The notes under the pieces: model-generated
What the model saw: only the letters and a program-made list of their open reading frames with translations
Database searches by the model: none
What the model was told of the DNA's origin: nothing
Assembly (NCBI RefSeq): GCF_001017655.1
Contig: NZ_CP010904.1
Span: 360,001 to 392,000, forward strand
Source of the DNA: Kiritimatiella glycovorans
Lineage (GTDB): Bacteria > Verrucomicrobiota > Kiritimatiellia > Kiritimatiellales > Kiritimatiellaceae
Length of the DNA: 32,000 nucleotides
Direction of reading: 5' to 3'
Translations under genes and position numbers: made by a program
Shown here: positions 8,124 through 19,013 of the stretch, in pieces
Numbering within the stretch: the stretch's first letter is position 1
Layout: each line of letters starts with the position of its first letter

Positions 8124-9175
8124 ACCCTGAACTCCCGGACTGTGCGCACCAGTGCCAGGATGTTCTCTTCCGGCGTGTCGGCCTGCGCGAAGTGGCAGGA
8201 GCACGGGATGTAGCCGTCGGGCCCCAGCTTTTCGAGGCACTCATGCGTCTCCCGCGCCACTTCCTCCGGTGTTCCGAAGGGCAGGGTCTGCTGGTTTTCG
8301 ACGCCGCCGTGAAAGATGAGTCTGTCCCCGTATTGGGCCTTCAAGGACTCGCGGTCCATGCCGGGACAGACGTGCTGGATCGGATTGAGGACGTCGACGC
8401 CCGCCTCGATCAGGCGCGGGATCAGCGGTTCCGCGGCCCCGTCGGTATGGAAGAACACGCGCGCGCCATGGTCGTGGATCATGTCGCACCAGTTCTTCAG
8501 CCTCGGAAAGAGGAACTCGTCGAAGGCCTGCGGGGATATCAGTAGATTCTGCTGCATGCCCACGTCGTCGCTGATGAATACCATATCGGTCGCGTCCCCC
8601 GCCGCGTCCAGAAAGCGGCGCAGCATCTCGCCCTGCGACCACGCGATTTTGTCGAGCGCGGCGTGCAGGAATTCCGGCTCGGCCACCGTGTCCATCAGCG
8701 CCTGTTCAAGCGAGCGCATCATGCAGTAGACCTCGAACAGCGAAACCCAGGGGCCCAGCGTGACGAACTCCGAGGCGAGCTGTCTCGCCTCCCGTGCCGC
8801 GGCCTCGTAATCGAAGTCGCCGGGGTCGGGCCACGGGTAATCCTCCAGCGCCGAAGGGTCTTCCATAGCTTCCAGCGGCCGGAATGAAACCTCGCTGTAC
8901 TCGGTCTTCTCGTTGGCGTTGACCTTCCGGAACTTGACGCCCCAGTGGTTGACGTCGACCTGCTCGTTGGGATCCTTGATCATCCGGCCCTTATAAGGAA
9001 TGCCCAGCCAGGCGATCTTGTCCACGTCCAGCTCTCGGTAGATGTCGAGTTCATCCCCGACTTCCAGCCGCCGCTTGAACTTCTCCACCAGCTCCGGTGC
9101 CAGCCACAGATCGACCGGAACCCGGTCCGGGGTTTCCCTGTTCAGCACCGCCAGTACCCGCTCTCTCGCGTTCAT
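8120..9175 (-). CDS. Uroporphyrinogen decarboxylase (URO-D) family protein, MtaA/CmuA-like methyltransferase-type TIM barrel
   Basis: 351 aa; MNARERVLAVLNRETPDRVPVDLW... and ...VFFHTDGAAEPLIPRLIEAGVDVLNPIQ...LIFHGGV are typical of the URO-D/MT2 family. RBS AAGGAG lies 6 nt upstream of the ATG at 9175. Confidence 0.75.
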   Translation of the reverse strand: MNARERVLAVLNRETPDRVPVDLWLAPELVEKFKRRLEVGDELDIYRELDVDKIAWLGIPYKGRMIKDPNEQVDVNHWGVKFRKVNANEKTEYSEVSFRPLEAMEDPSALEDYPWPDPGDFDYEAAAREARQLASEFVTLGPWVSLFEVYCMMRSLEQALMDTVAEPEFLHAALDKIAWSQGEMLRRFLDAAGDATDMVFISDDVGMQQNLLISPQAFDEFLFPRLKNWCDMIHDHGARVFFHTDGAAEPLIPRLIEAGVDVLNPIQHVCPGMDRESLKAQYGDRLIFHGGVENQQTLPFGTPEEVARETHECLEKLGPDGYIPCSCHFAQADTPEENILALVRTVREFRV

Positions 9176-9233
9176 CGTCGACTCCTTTTTAGGTGAAATA
9201 TAGCCCTGCAGACGGCGGCAATCTTGGTATATG

Positions 9234-9263
9234 TTTACAAATCGATGCGTCCCTGTTTACTAT
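9234..9263 (+). promoter_or_regulatory. Candidate sigma70-type promoter for the hydrolase/AraC operon
   Basis: TTTACA (9234-9239), 18-nt spacer, TACTAT (9258-9263), in a locally AT-rich divergent intergenic region. Confidence 0.35.
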
Positions 9264-9327
9264 GAGGGTCGCGGGACCGGACGCCGCCCGGGTTGAGGGG
9301 ACCGCTACCTGCAGTTTCGGGGAGGGC

Positions 9328-10587
9328 ATGACATCTCGCTTATTCAAGTGGATAGGGATCACGGCGTGTCTCTGGCCGGCGCTCGTTTCAGTTCCGGCGA
9401 TGAGGATCACGCTGGACCGCGGTCCCGCGGGAGAGTTCCGGGTCCGGGTGCGGGACGGGGAGGAGACCGGCGGGTACGCCGTACTGACCCGCGCCGGTCT
9501 CGGGGACGGGTCATGGAGCTTTGCGGGCGGAGCCGACCGCTGGCCGGACGGCGGGACGGAATGGACGTTCGAGCCCGCGGAGCGATCCGGATTCTTCCGC
9601 GTCCGCCGGTCTCCGCGCGGAGAGGATATCGACCCCCGGCGGGACTCGAGTTATTCGCGTTTCGCGATCAGTTTATCTCTGGGCCCCAACGGTATTGATT
9701 TCATCGATCCGGACTACGGCGTGACCGTCTATACCCTCTCGTATGACACCTTTGATCATCGCGGACTTGCTTCGCGGGCTTCCGGCCGCCTCTGCATTCC
9801 GCAGGGGAGCGGATCGTTCCCCCTGCTTTCGTACCAGCACGGGACGATGTATAAGCGCTCGGAGGCGGTGGCCTGCGTGGATATGCTGCGAGCGGTGCGC
9901 ACTTACGTGGAGCAGACGTCGTCTTTATCGCTCAACGGGGACCTTTACATCTTCGGTTATTCCCAGGGCGGACATGCGACCCTGGCGCTGCAGCGGGAAC
10001 TGGAGACCCGTCATGGCGATGAGTTTTCGCTGACGGCGTCCGCGCCCATGGCGGGGCCGCACGATCTTTCCGGGGTGATGGCGGATCTGATGCTGGGGCC
10101 GCAGCCCTCCCCTGATCCGGGCTATTCGGCGTATCTGCTCCTGGGCTATAATGGGGTGTATCGCTGGTTCGACGACTTGTCGGATGTGTTGGTTCCACCC
10201 TACGACGTGACGCTTCCCGCCGTGCTGGACGGGGAGCATACCGCCGCACAGGTCAATGCGGAGATGCCGGACATTCCCCGCGAGATCTTTCGCCCGGAGT
10301 TTATAGCGGAATTCGACGCCGATCCGGATCACGTCTTCCGAGAGGCCCTGCGGGCGAACGATACCTACAGGGAATGGGTGCCCGCCGTGACGACCCGTTT
10401 CTACCACTGCTCGGGCGATACCACGGTTCCCAAGGAGAATTCATGGACGGCGTACTCCAACTTCTTCGCCCGCGGGTGCCGATGTATTTCAATTGAAGAT
10501 CCCGGTCCGGTGACGGATCACGAGGCCGGAGCGCTGCCCTGTATCGAGGCCGCGCTGCAATGGTTCGAAACGCTGAGGGCACGTTGA
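9328..10587 (+). CDS. Secreted alpha/beta hydrolase (lipase/esterase-like)
   Basis: The preferred start is ATG 9328 (GGGGAGGG RBS), giving the signal-like N-terminus MTSRLFKWIGITACLWPALVSVPA. The nucleophile elbow is GYSQGG. Candidate Asp (CSGDTTVP) and His (VTDHEAG) follow in the usual order. The track ORF begins earlier, at 9193. Confidence 0.7.
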   Translation: MTSRLFKWIGITACLWPALVSVPAMRITLDRGPAGEFRVRVRDGEETGGYAVLTRAGLGDGSWSFAGGADRWPDGGTEWTFEPAERSGFFRVRRSPRGEDIDPRRDSSYSRFAISLSLGPNGIDFIDPDYGVTVYTLSYDTFDHRGLASRASGRLCIPQGSGSFPLLSYQHGTMYKRSEAVACVDMLRAVRTYVEQTSSLSLNGDLYIFGYSQGGHATLALQRELETRHGDEFSLTASAPMAGPHDLSGVMADLMLGPQPSPDPGYSAYLLLGYNGVYRWFDDLSDVLVPPYDVTLPAVLDGEHTAAQVNAEMPDIPREIFRPEFIAEFDADPDHVFREALRANDTYREWVPAVTTRFYHCSGDTTVPKENSWTAYSNFFARGCRCISIEDPGPVTDHEAGALPCIEAALQWFETLRAR

Positions 10588-10588
10588 G

Positions 10589-11521
10589 ATGAGGGGAATC
10601 GCCCCCGAACGTCAGATCACCAAACGCCCCAACATCCCGAGGGCCGCGCGCCGGCTGGCGTCGACCGGACTCGCCTTTGAATACTTCCGGGCGTTCAGCC
10701 AGAGCACGCACCAGTATCACACCCACCCGTTCGTCGAAGTGCTCTTCGTGCTGAACGGAACCTTCCGGCACGTCACGGCGGATCGGACGTATGATGAGAC
10801 GCGCGGAGGCGTGACGATCCTGAATTATCACCAGTACCACACGCTGAAGACCCCGCGCGGTCCGGTGGAGCTGATGAATCTGTATTGGGATCGGCGCCGC
10901 TATCCCGCTCCCCCCCTGCCGCCTTCGCTGGACCGGCGTCTGCATGATCTTATCCCGTCCCACCCGATGCTCGGTCACCGCCTGAACCGGGTCGTCCACC
11001 TTCAGCTCGCCGAGCCGGATCGTCCTCTTCAGCTTCTGGCCATGCTGTACGCGGAACAGGAACGCCCCGCCGATGGAAGCGAAACGGCGATCGAATCGCT
11101 CTTCCGGCTTCTCCTCATCGAGTTGTGCCGCGCTGCTCCGGCCGTCGTCCCGGAGCATACGGAATCTATCGATACGCCGGTCGAACGCGTACGGGTCTAT
11201 CTGGACGAGCATTTCAACGAGGCCGTTCCGCTTGATGACCTGTGCGCCGTCGCCCGATTGCGCCGCGCCAACCTCTGCCGACGGTTCAAACGCTACACCG
11301 GTCTCACCACGGGGGCGTATCTTCGGCAGCGGCGATTGGCGGAGGCCGTGCGCAGGCTTCGTACGACGGACGATAAAATCGCCGTGGTGTGTCTCGAGAG
11401 CGGGTTTTCCGATCTCTCCAATTTCAACCGGCTCTTTCGACAGGTATTCGGATGTACCCCCTCGGCCTTTCGCAATGAAGCCGAAGAGTGCACTCCCTTG
11501 AGGGTTGAGGGGCGACGGTAA
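10589..11521 (+). CDS. AraC-family transcriptional regulator with an N-terminal cupin-type sensor domain
   Basis: Cupin-like HTHPFVEVLFVLNGTFRHV. The C-terminal HTH is LDDLCAVARLRRANLCRRFKRYTGLTTGAYLRQRRLAEAVRRLRTTDDKIAVVCLESGFSDLSNFNRLFRQVFGCTPSAFR. The ATG lies 1 nt after the hydrolase stop, so the two genes look operonic. Confidence 0.8.
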   Translation: MRGIAPERQITKRPNIPRAARRLASTGLAFEYFRAFSQSTHQYHTHPFVEVLFVLNGTFRHVTADRTYDETRGGVTILNYHQYHTLKTPRGPVELMNLYWDRRRYPAPPLPPSLDRRLHDLIPSHPMLGHRLNRVVHLQLAEPDRPLQLLAMLYAEQERPADGSETAIESLFRLLLIELCRAAPAVVPEHTESIDTPVERVRVYLDEHFNEAVPLDDLCAVARLRRANLCRRFKRYTGLTTGAYLRQRRLAEAVRRLRTTDDKIAVVCLESGFSDLSNFNRLFRQVFGCTPSAFRNEAEECTPLRVEGRR

Positions 11522-11556
11522 CCTCGGGCCGACCTCGTCCATGCAGCGTTCGCCCT

Positions 11557-12007
11557 GGAGGGACGGGTTCCACCCCGTCCTCTTTTGCGGTCGGTGTGGA
11601 GGGACGGGTTCCACCCCGTCCTCTTTTGCGGTCGGCGTGGAGGGACGGGTTCCACCCCGTCCTCTTTTGCGTTCGCCCTGGAGGGACGGGTTCCACCCCG
11701 TCCTCTTTTGCGGTCGGCGTGGAGGGACGGGTTCCACCCCGTCCTCTTTTGCGGTCGGCGTGGAGGGACGGGTTCCACCCCGTCCTCTTTTGCGGTCGGT
11801 GTGGAGGGACGGGTTCCACCCCGTCCTCTTTTGCGGTCGGCGTGGAGGGACGGGTTCCACCCCGTCCGTGTTAGAGGTCGGCGTGGAGGGACGGGTTCCA
11901 CCCCGTCCGTGTTAGAGGTCGGCGTGGAGGGACGGGTTCCACCCCGTCCGTGTTAGAGGTCGGCGTGGAGGGACGGGTTCCACCCCGTCCTCTTTTGCGG
12001 TCGGCGT
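11557..12007 (+). repeat. Tandem array: 11 head-to-tail copies of a 41-bp unit, each with a 7-bp-stem hairpin
   Basis: The core GGAGGGACGGGTTCCACCCCGTCC starts at 11557+41k (k=0..10) and looks identical in all copies. The stem is GGACGGG/CCCGTCC and the loop is TTCCAC. The 17-nt linkers are TCTTTTGCGGTCGG(C/T)GT (units 1,2,4-7,11), TCTTTTGCGTTCGCCCT (unit 3) and GTGTTAGAGGTCGGCGT (units 8-10). There are no unique spacers. Confidence 0.95.
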
Positions 12008-12047
12008 GGAAGCCGACCCTCCATGCGGTTATCCGGGCTCCCGAACC

Positions 12048-12077
12048 TTGACAGGCGTTCGCGACGTATTGGACAAT
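12048..12077 (+). promoter_or_regulatory. Candidate thyX promoter immediately downstream of the repeat array
   Basis: TTGACA (12048-12053), 18-nt spacer, GACAAT (12072-12077). AGGAGG RBS at about 12112-12117 precedes the ATG at 12128. Confidence 0.3.
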
Positions 12078-12127
12078 GCCCCTCGTGCCCGGCGTTCCGG
12101 GGCGGGGAAACAGGAGGCGTTACGGCG

Positions 12128-12892
12128 ATGGGGGCGGTATCCATAGCGGTTGAACTGGTCGGGCACACCCCGGACGCGGAGGCGCTCGTCGCATCGGCGG
12201 CCCGGCTCTGTTACGCGGGGGGTGACGAGCATCCGTTCGATGCCGGCGCCGCGCAACGTGAGGGCATGATCGGCTTTCTGCGCAGCATGGGACACCTGAG
12301 TCCGCTCGAACACGCGGTTTTCTCGTTTTACATCCACGGCGTTTCGAGGGCGATGAGTCATCAATTGGTCCGTCATCGGCTGGCGAGCTATTCTCAGCGA
12401 AGCCAGCGTTACGTGGCGCACGACCGCTTCGATTACGTGATTCCTCCCTCCATGGAGGGCCGCCTCGTGAATACTCCGGAGGGGGAATCGCGCGATGCGG
12501 TGGAGTATTTCGAGGAGACCATGGCCCTGCTCGCCGAACGGTATCGCCTTCTGGGGGACGCCTTGGAGGGCTCGGGAGAGGAGCGCCGTCAGGATGCGCG
12601 CTACCTCCTGCCCAACGCCTGTGAAACACGCATCGCGGTGACGATGAATGCGCGCGTGCTGATGCACTTTTTCGAGGAGCGGCTCTGCCGCCGGGCGCAA
12701 TGGGAGATTCGTGAGGTCGCCGGGCAGATGCTCGCCCGGGTCAAGGACGTGTGTCCTGCTTTGTTCGCGGGCTGTGGCCCGAAGTGTCTGCGTTACGGGC
12801 GCTGTCCGGAGGGGGCGAAGGGTTGTGGACGGTATCACGAGATGCGGCGGTATTACCTGAATGCGGAGGGAGACGATGAAGGGGGATCTTAA
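12128..12892 (+). CDS. thyX: FAD-dependent thymidylate synthase ThyX
   Basis: ThyX signature RHRLASYSQRSQRY, plus SPLEHAVFSF and ARYLLPNACETRI. The ATG at 12128 with an AGGAGG RBS is preferred over the track start at 12023. Confidence 0.9.
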   Translation: MGAVSIAVELVGHTPDAEALVASAARLCYAGGDEHPFDAGAAQREGMIGFLRSMGHLSPLEHAVFSFYIHGVSRAMSHQLVRHRLASYSQRSQRYVAHDRFDYVIPPSMEGRLVNTPEGESRDAVEYFEETMALLAERYRLLGDALEGSGEERRQDARYLLPNACETRIAVTMNARVLMHFFEERLCRRAQWEIREVAGQMLARVKDVCPALFAGCGPKCLRYGRCPEGAKGCGRYHEMRRYYLNAEGDDEGGS

Positions 12893-13760
12893 AACGGCCT
12901 GGGCGGAGGGCAAACCGCTGTTGTGCGATGGCGCCATGGGAACGATGCTTCAGGCGGCCGGTCTTCAGCCCGGCGAATGCCCGGAACGTTGGTGTGTGGA
13001 CCGCCCGGATGACGTGCGGGCGATCTATCGCGCCTATCGCGATGCGGGCAGCGATATCGTCGAATGCAATTCCTTCGGGGGGTCGCGTTACAAACTCCGC
13101 TTTCACGGACTCGAATCACGCGCGCATGAGATCAACGAGGCCGCGGCGAGTCTCGCCCGTGACGTGGCGGGCGAAGAGGGAATCGTGCTGGCGACGATTG
13201 GCCCCACGGGCGAATTTATGGAACCCTACGGCACGGAAACGGAGGAGGCGTTCGTCGAGGCCTTCGCGGAACAGGCGGAGGCCTTCGCCTCGGGCGGCGC
13301 GGATGCGGTGATCGTCGAGACGATGACCGGGCTCGAAGAGGCCGGGGCCGCGGTCCGCGCCGTGCGCGAGCACAGCGATCTGATTGTCCTGGTGAGTTTT
13401 ACCTTCGACCCCCAGTTGCACGGAGGATTTGCGACCATGATGGGTGTCACGCCGGAACAGTTCGCCGGGGAGATGGCGTCCCTGGGCGTCGATGCGATCG
13501 GGACCAATTGCGGGAACGGTCCGGAGGGGATCATCGAGGTCGTCCGGCAGCTTCGCGCCGCATCCGGCCTCCCGATCATCGCGATGCCGAACGCCGGGAT
13601 GCCGGTCATAGAGGACGGGCATACGGTCTTTAAGGCTACGCCCGGGGAGATGGCCATCGCCGTGCCGCGCCTGATCGACGCCGGCGCGAACATCATCGGA
13701 GGGTGTTGCGGCACGACGCCGGAGCACATCGCCGCGATGCGGCGTACCATGGATGCGTAG
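12876..13760 (+). CDS. Stand-alone homocysteine S-methyltransferase domain protein (MetH N-terminal / BHMT / MmuM fold)
   Basis: LLCDGAMGTMLQ, ECNSFGG and the zinc-ligand cysteines in GTNCGNG and IGGCCGTTPEHI. The start is ATG 12876 (GGAGGGA RBS) or 12861; either overlaps the thyX 3' end by 17-32 nt. Confidence 0.8.
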   Translation: MKGDLKTAWAEGKPLLCDGAMGTMLQAAGLQPGECPERWCVDRPDDVRAIYRAYRDAGSDIVECNSFGGSRYKLRFHGLESRAHEINEAAASLARDVAGEEGIVLATIGPTGEFMEPYGTETEEAFVEAFAEQAEAFASGGADAVIVETMTGLEEAGAAVRAVREHSDLIVLVSFTFDPQLHGGFATMMGVTPEQFAGEMASLGVDAIGTNCGNGPEGIIEVVRQLRAASGLPIIAMPNAGMPVIEDGHTVFKATPGEMAIAVPRLIDAGANIIGGCCGTTPEHIAAMRRTMDA

Positions 13761-13762
13761 CA

Positions 13763-13794
13763 AGCCCCGTCACGCCGGAGGGCAGGACGGGGCT
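13763..13794. terminator. GC-rich hairpin between convergent genes (possible bidirectional terminator)
   Basis: AGCCCCGTC-N14-GACGGGGCT, a 9-bp stem between the stop codons at 13760 (+) and 13809 (-). There is no clear T-tract. Confidence 0.4.
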
Positions 13795-13808
13795 CGTTCG
13801 AATACGTC

Positions 13809-14822
13809 CTACTGCTGGGTCGTCAGGTACTGGCCCTTGTAGGATTCGAGGATCTTGATGTAGTTCGCGCGTTCAAACGCGGTGTCCCCACCGGTCGCCT
13901 TGTGGCTGAGACAACCCTGCATCTGTTCCACGGATTCGTACTCGTGGGCTTCCATCCATTTCGTGAGGTTGCCGAGAAGAACCCCGAGATGATCCAGCCC
14001 CTTTTCGAGCAGCACGGAGGTCATCATCACCGCATCCGCCCCGGCCATCAGGTACTTCACGGCATCCTCGGCGGTATGCACGCCGGTGGTCGCGCCGAGC
14101 GAGGCGCCGATGCGGCCGCGAAGCAGGCCGATCCAGCGCAGCGGAAGGCGCATCTCGTGCGGGGAACTGAGATTGAGTGAAAGGTCGACTTCGCGGTTTT
14201 CGATGTCGAGATCCGGCTGGTAGAAGCGGTTGAAGAGCACGAGCCCGTCCGCGCCGGCGTTGACCATCTTGCGGCAGGCGTGAGCGGTGGAGCTGAAGTA
14301 CGGGCTCAGCTTGACCGCGACCGGGACATCCACCGCCGCCCGGACCGAACGCACCGCCTCCTCGTACAGCGCCTCCACCTGTTCGGCGGTCTGTTCCATG
14401 TCGGCGCCAAGGTAGTAGACGTTCAGCTCGATCGCATCGGCTCCGGCCTGCTCCATCTTTTTGCTGTAGTCGATCCAGCCTTCGCTCGAGATGCCGTTCA
14501 GGCTGCCGATGATCGGGATGTCCGTCTTTTCTTTCGCCTCGCGCAGCGTGTCCAGGTATTCGTCCGCCCCGACGCGGTAGTCGGAAACCTCGGGGAAATA
14601 GGAGAGCGCCTCGGGAAAGCTCTCCGAACCCGCCGAGGTGAGGTAGTCGAGGGCATCCGCTTCGTGGCGGAGCTGCTCCTCGAACAGCGAAAACATCACC
14701 ACCGCGGCGGCGCCCGCATCCTCCAGGCGACGGATGCCGTCGATGTTCTGTGAGAACGGTCCCGCGGAGGGGACCAGCGGATTCTTCAGTTCCATGCCCA
14801 GATAGGTCGTCGTCGTATTCAT
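13809..14822 (-). CDS. Dihydroorotate dehydrogenase-like TIM-barrel flavoprotein (class-1 DHOD/DPD family, function uncertain)
   Basis: 337 aa; MNTTTTYLGMELKNPLVPSAGPFS..., IPIIGSLNG, VAVKLSPYF and GADGLVLFNR... match the DHOD-fold pattern. It lies 80 nt downstream of nifJ on the same strand. Confidence 0.65.
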   Translation of the reverse strand: MNTTTTYLGMELKNPLVPSAGPFSQNIDGIRRLEDAGAAAVVMFSLFEEQLRHEADALDYLTSAGSESFPEALSYFPEVSDYRVGADEYLDTLREAKEKTDIPIIGSLNGISSEGWIDYSKKMEQAGADAIELNVYYLGADMEQTAEQVEALYEEAVRSVRAAVDVPVAVKLSPYFSSTAHACRKMVNAGADGLVLFNRFYQPDLDIENREVDLSLNLSSPHEMRLPLRWIGLLRGRIGASLGATTGVHTAEDAVKYLMAGADAVMMTSVLLEKGLDHLGVLLGNLTKWMEAHEYESVEQMQGCLSHKATGGDTAFERANYIKILESYKGQYLTTQQ

Positions 14823-14902
14823 GCTTCCAGTTCCTTTGTTCTCTTCACGATCTCCCGCAGATCACCAGCCCCTGACTGCAAACGCGCAGGCTCCCCGTTC
14901 GC

Positions 14903-18457
<3,555 letters not shown>

Positions 18458-18713
18458 GCTCTCCGTGGGTTCCTTGACTACACCGTGAAAAAACCGCCGC
18501 TCTCATTCGCCTTGCCCCGCCCCGGGCCGAGGCCCGATTCTCCCGAAAACGGCAAAACATGCGCAGGGTAGCAGAGAGGCGGGGAGTGAGGAAAGGGCGA
18601 AGTTGGGCCGGCCCCGTTTCGTGGATTTTTATGGAAAGTCGTTCGGGGGAAGGGCGGGGTGCGGAAGATCAGGGGGAGCGTAGAATCGCGATCGTGGGGA
18701 GAGCATGGGATTT

Positions 18714-18740
18714 ACCATGAAGGCCATGAAGAGCATGAAG
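18714..18740. repeat. Three tandem 9-bp units NNCATGAAG
   Basis: ACCATGAAG GCCATGAAG AGCATGAAG, within the long non-coding region upstream of nifJ. Confidence 0.6.
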
Positions 18741-18968
18741 GGGTGAACATAATTCGTACTCTTACTCGTACTCGGAGCGCCGAAGGCGCGATCCCATCCG
18801 TGTACCCGGTGTAATCCGTGGTCGAAAACACAAGAAAGGTCTCTCGCGCAGAGATCCCAAAGATGGATGAGGATAGCGTAGGCAAAGAAATCGTGCGCGC
18901 TCTCTTACGTTCGTAAAAAAAGCCCTTTTCGGTCCCTCACACGCACGGACGCGTCATGTTCGCTTATA

Positions 18969-19013
18969 GAACCCCTCGTGGCGACCGCCGCAGGCGGGAG
19001 ACGCGAGGGGTTC
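18969..19013 (-). terminator. Long GC-rich hairpin downstream of thiD (possible terminator; no clean U-tract)
   Basis: GAACCCCTCG ... CGAGGGGTTC is a 10-bp outer stem with an inner CCGCC-GCA-GGCGG stem-loop. It lies 78 nt after the thiD stop on the minus strand. Confidence 0.4.

Noticed and set aside
11561-11580. tRNA-like T-arm (GGGTTCCACCCC) in the repeat core
   Set aside because: The loop TTCCAC(C) violates the T-loop consensus (a purine is expected at position 57). No acceptor, D or anticodon arms can be drawn, and the element is repeated 11 times.
11528-12028. CRISPR array interpretation of the 41-bp repeats
   Set aside because: The units abut directly, with only a near-constant 17-nt linker. 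There are no unique spacers, no leader and no cas genes in the window.
10301-12168. Long ORFs in several frames on both strands through the repeat array (519 aa, 202 aa, 136 aa, 131 aa, 123 aa, 92 aa; repeating peptide ...GWNPSLHADRKRGRGGTRPSTPTAKEDGVEPVPPRRPQKRT...)
   Set aside because: They are an artefact of a stop-free 41-bp unit. 41 is not a multiple of 3, so every frame cycles with a 123-nt period. Several mutually exclusive frames are open at once, there are no RBS or start contexts, and the 519-aa ORF is otherwise antisense to the araC-like gene.
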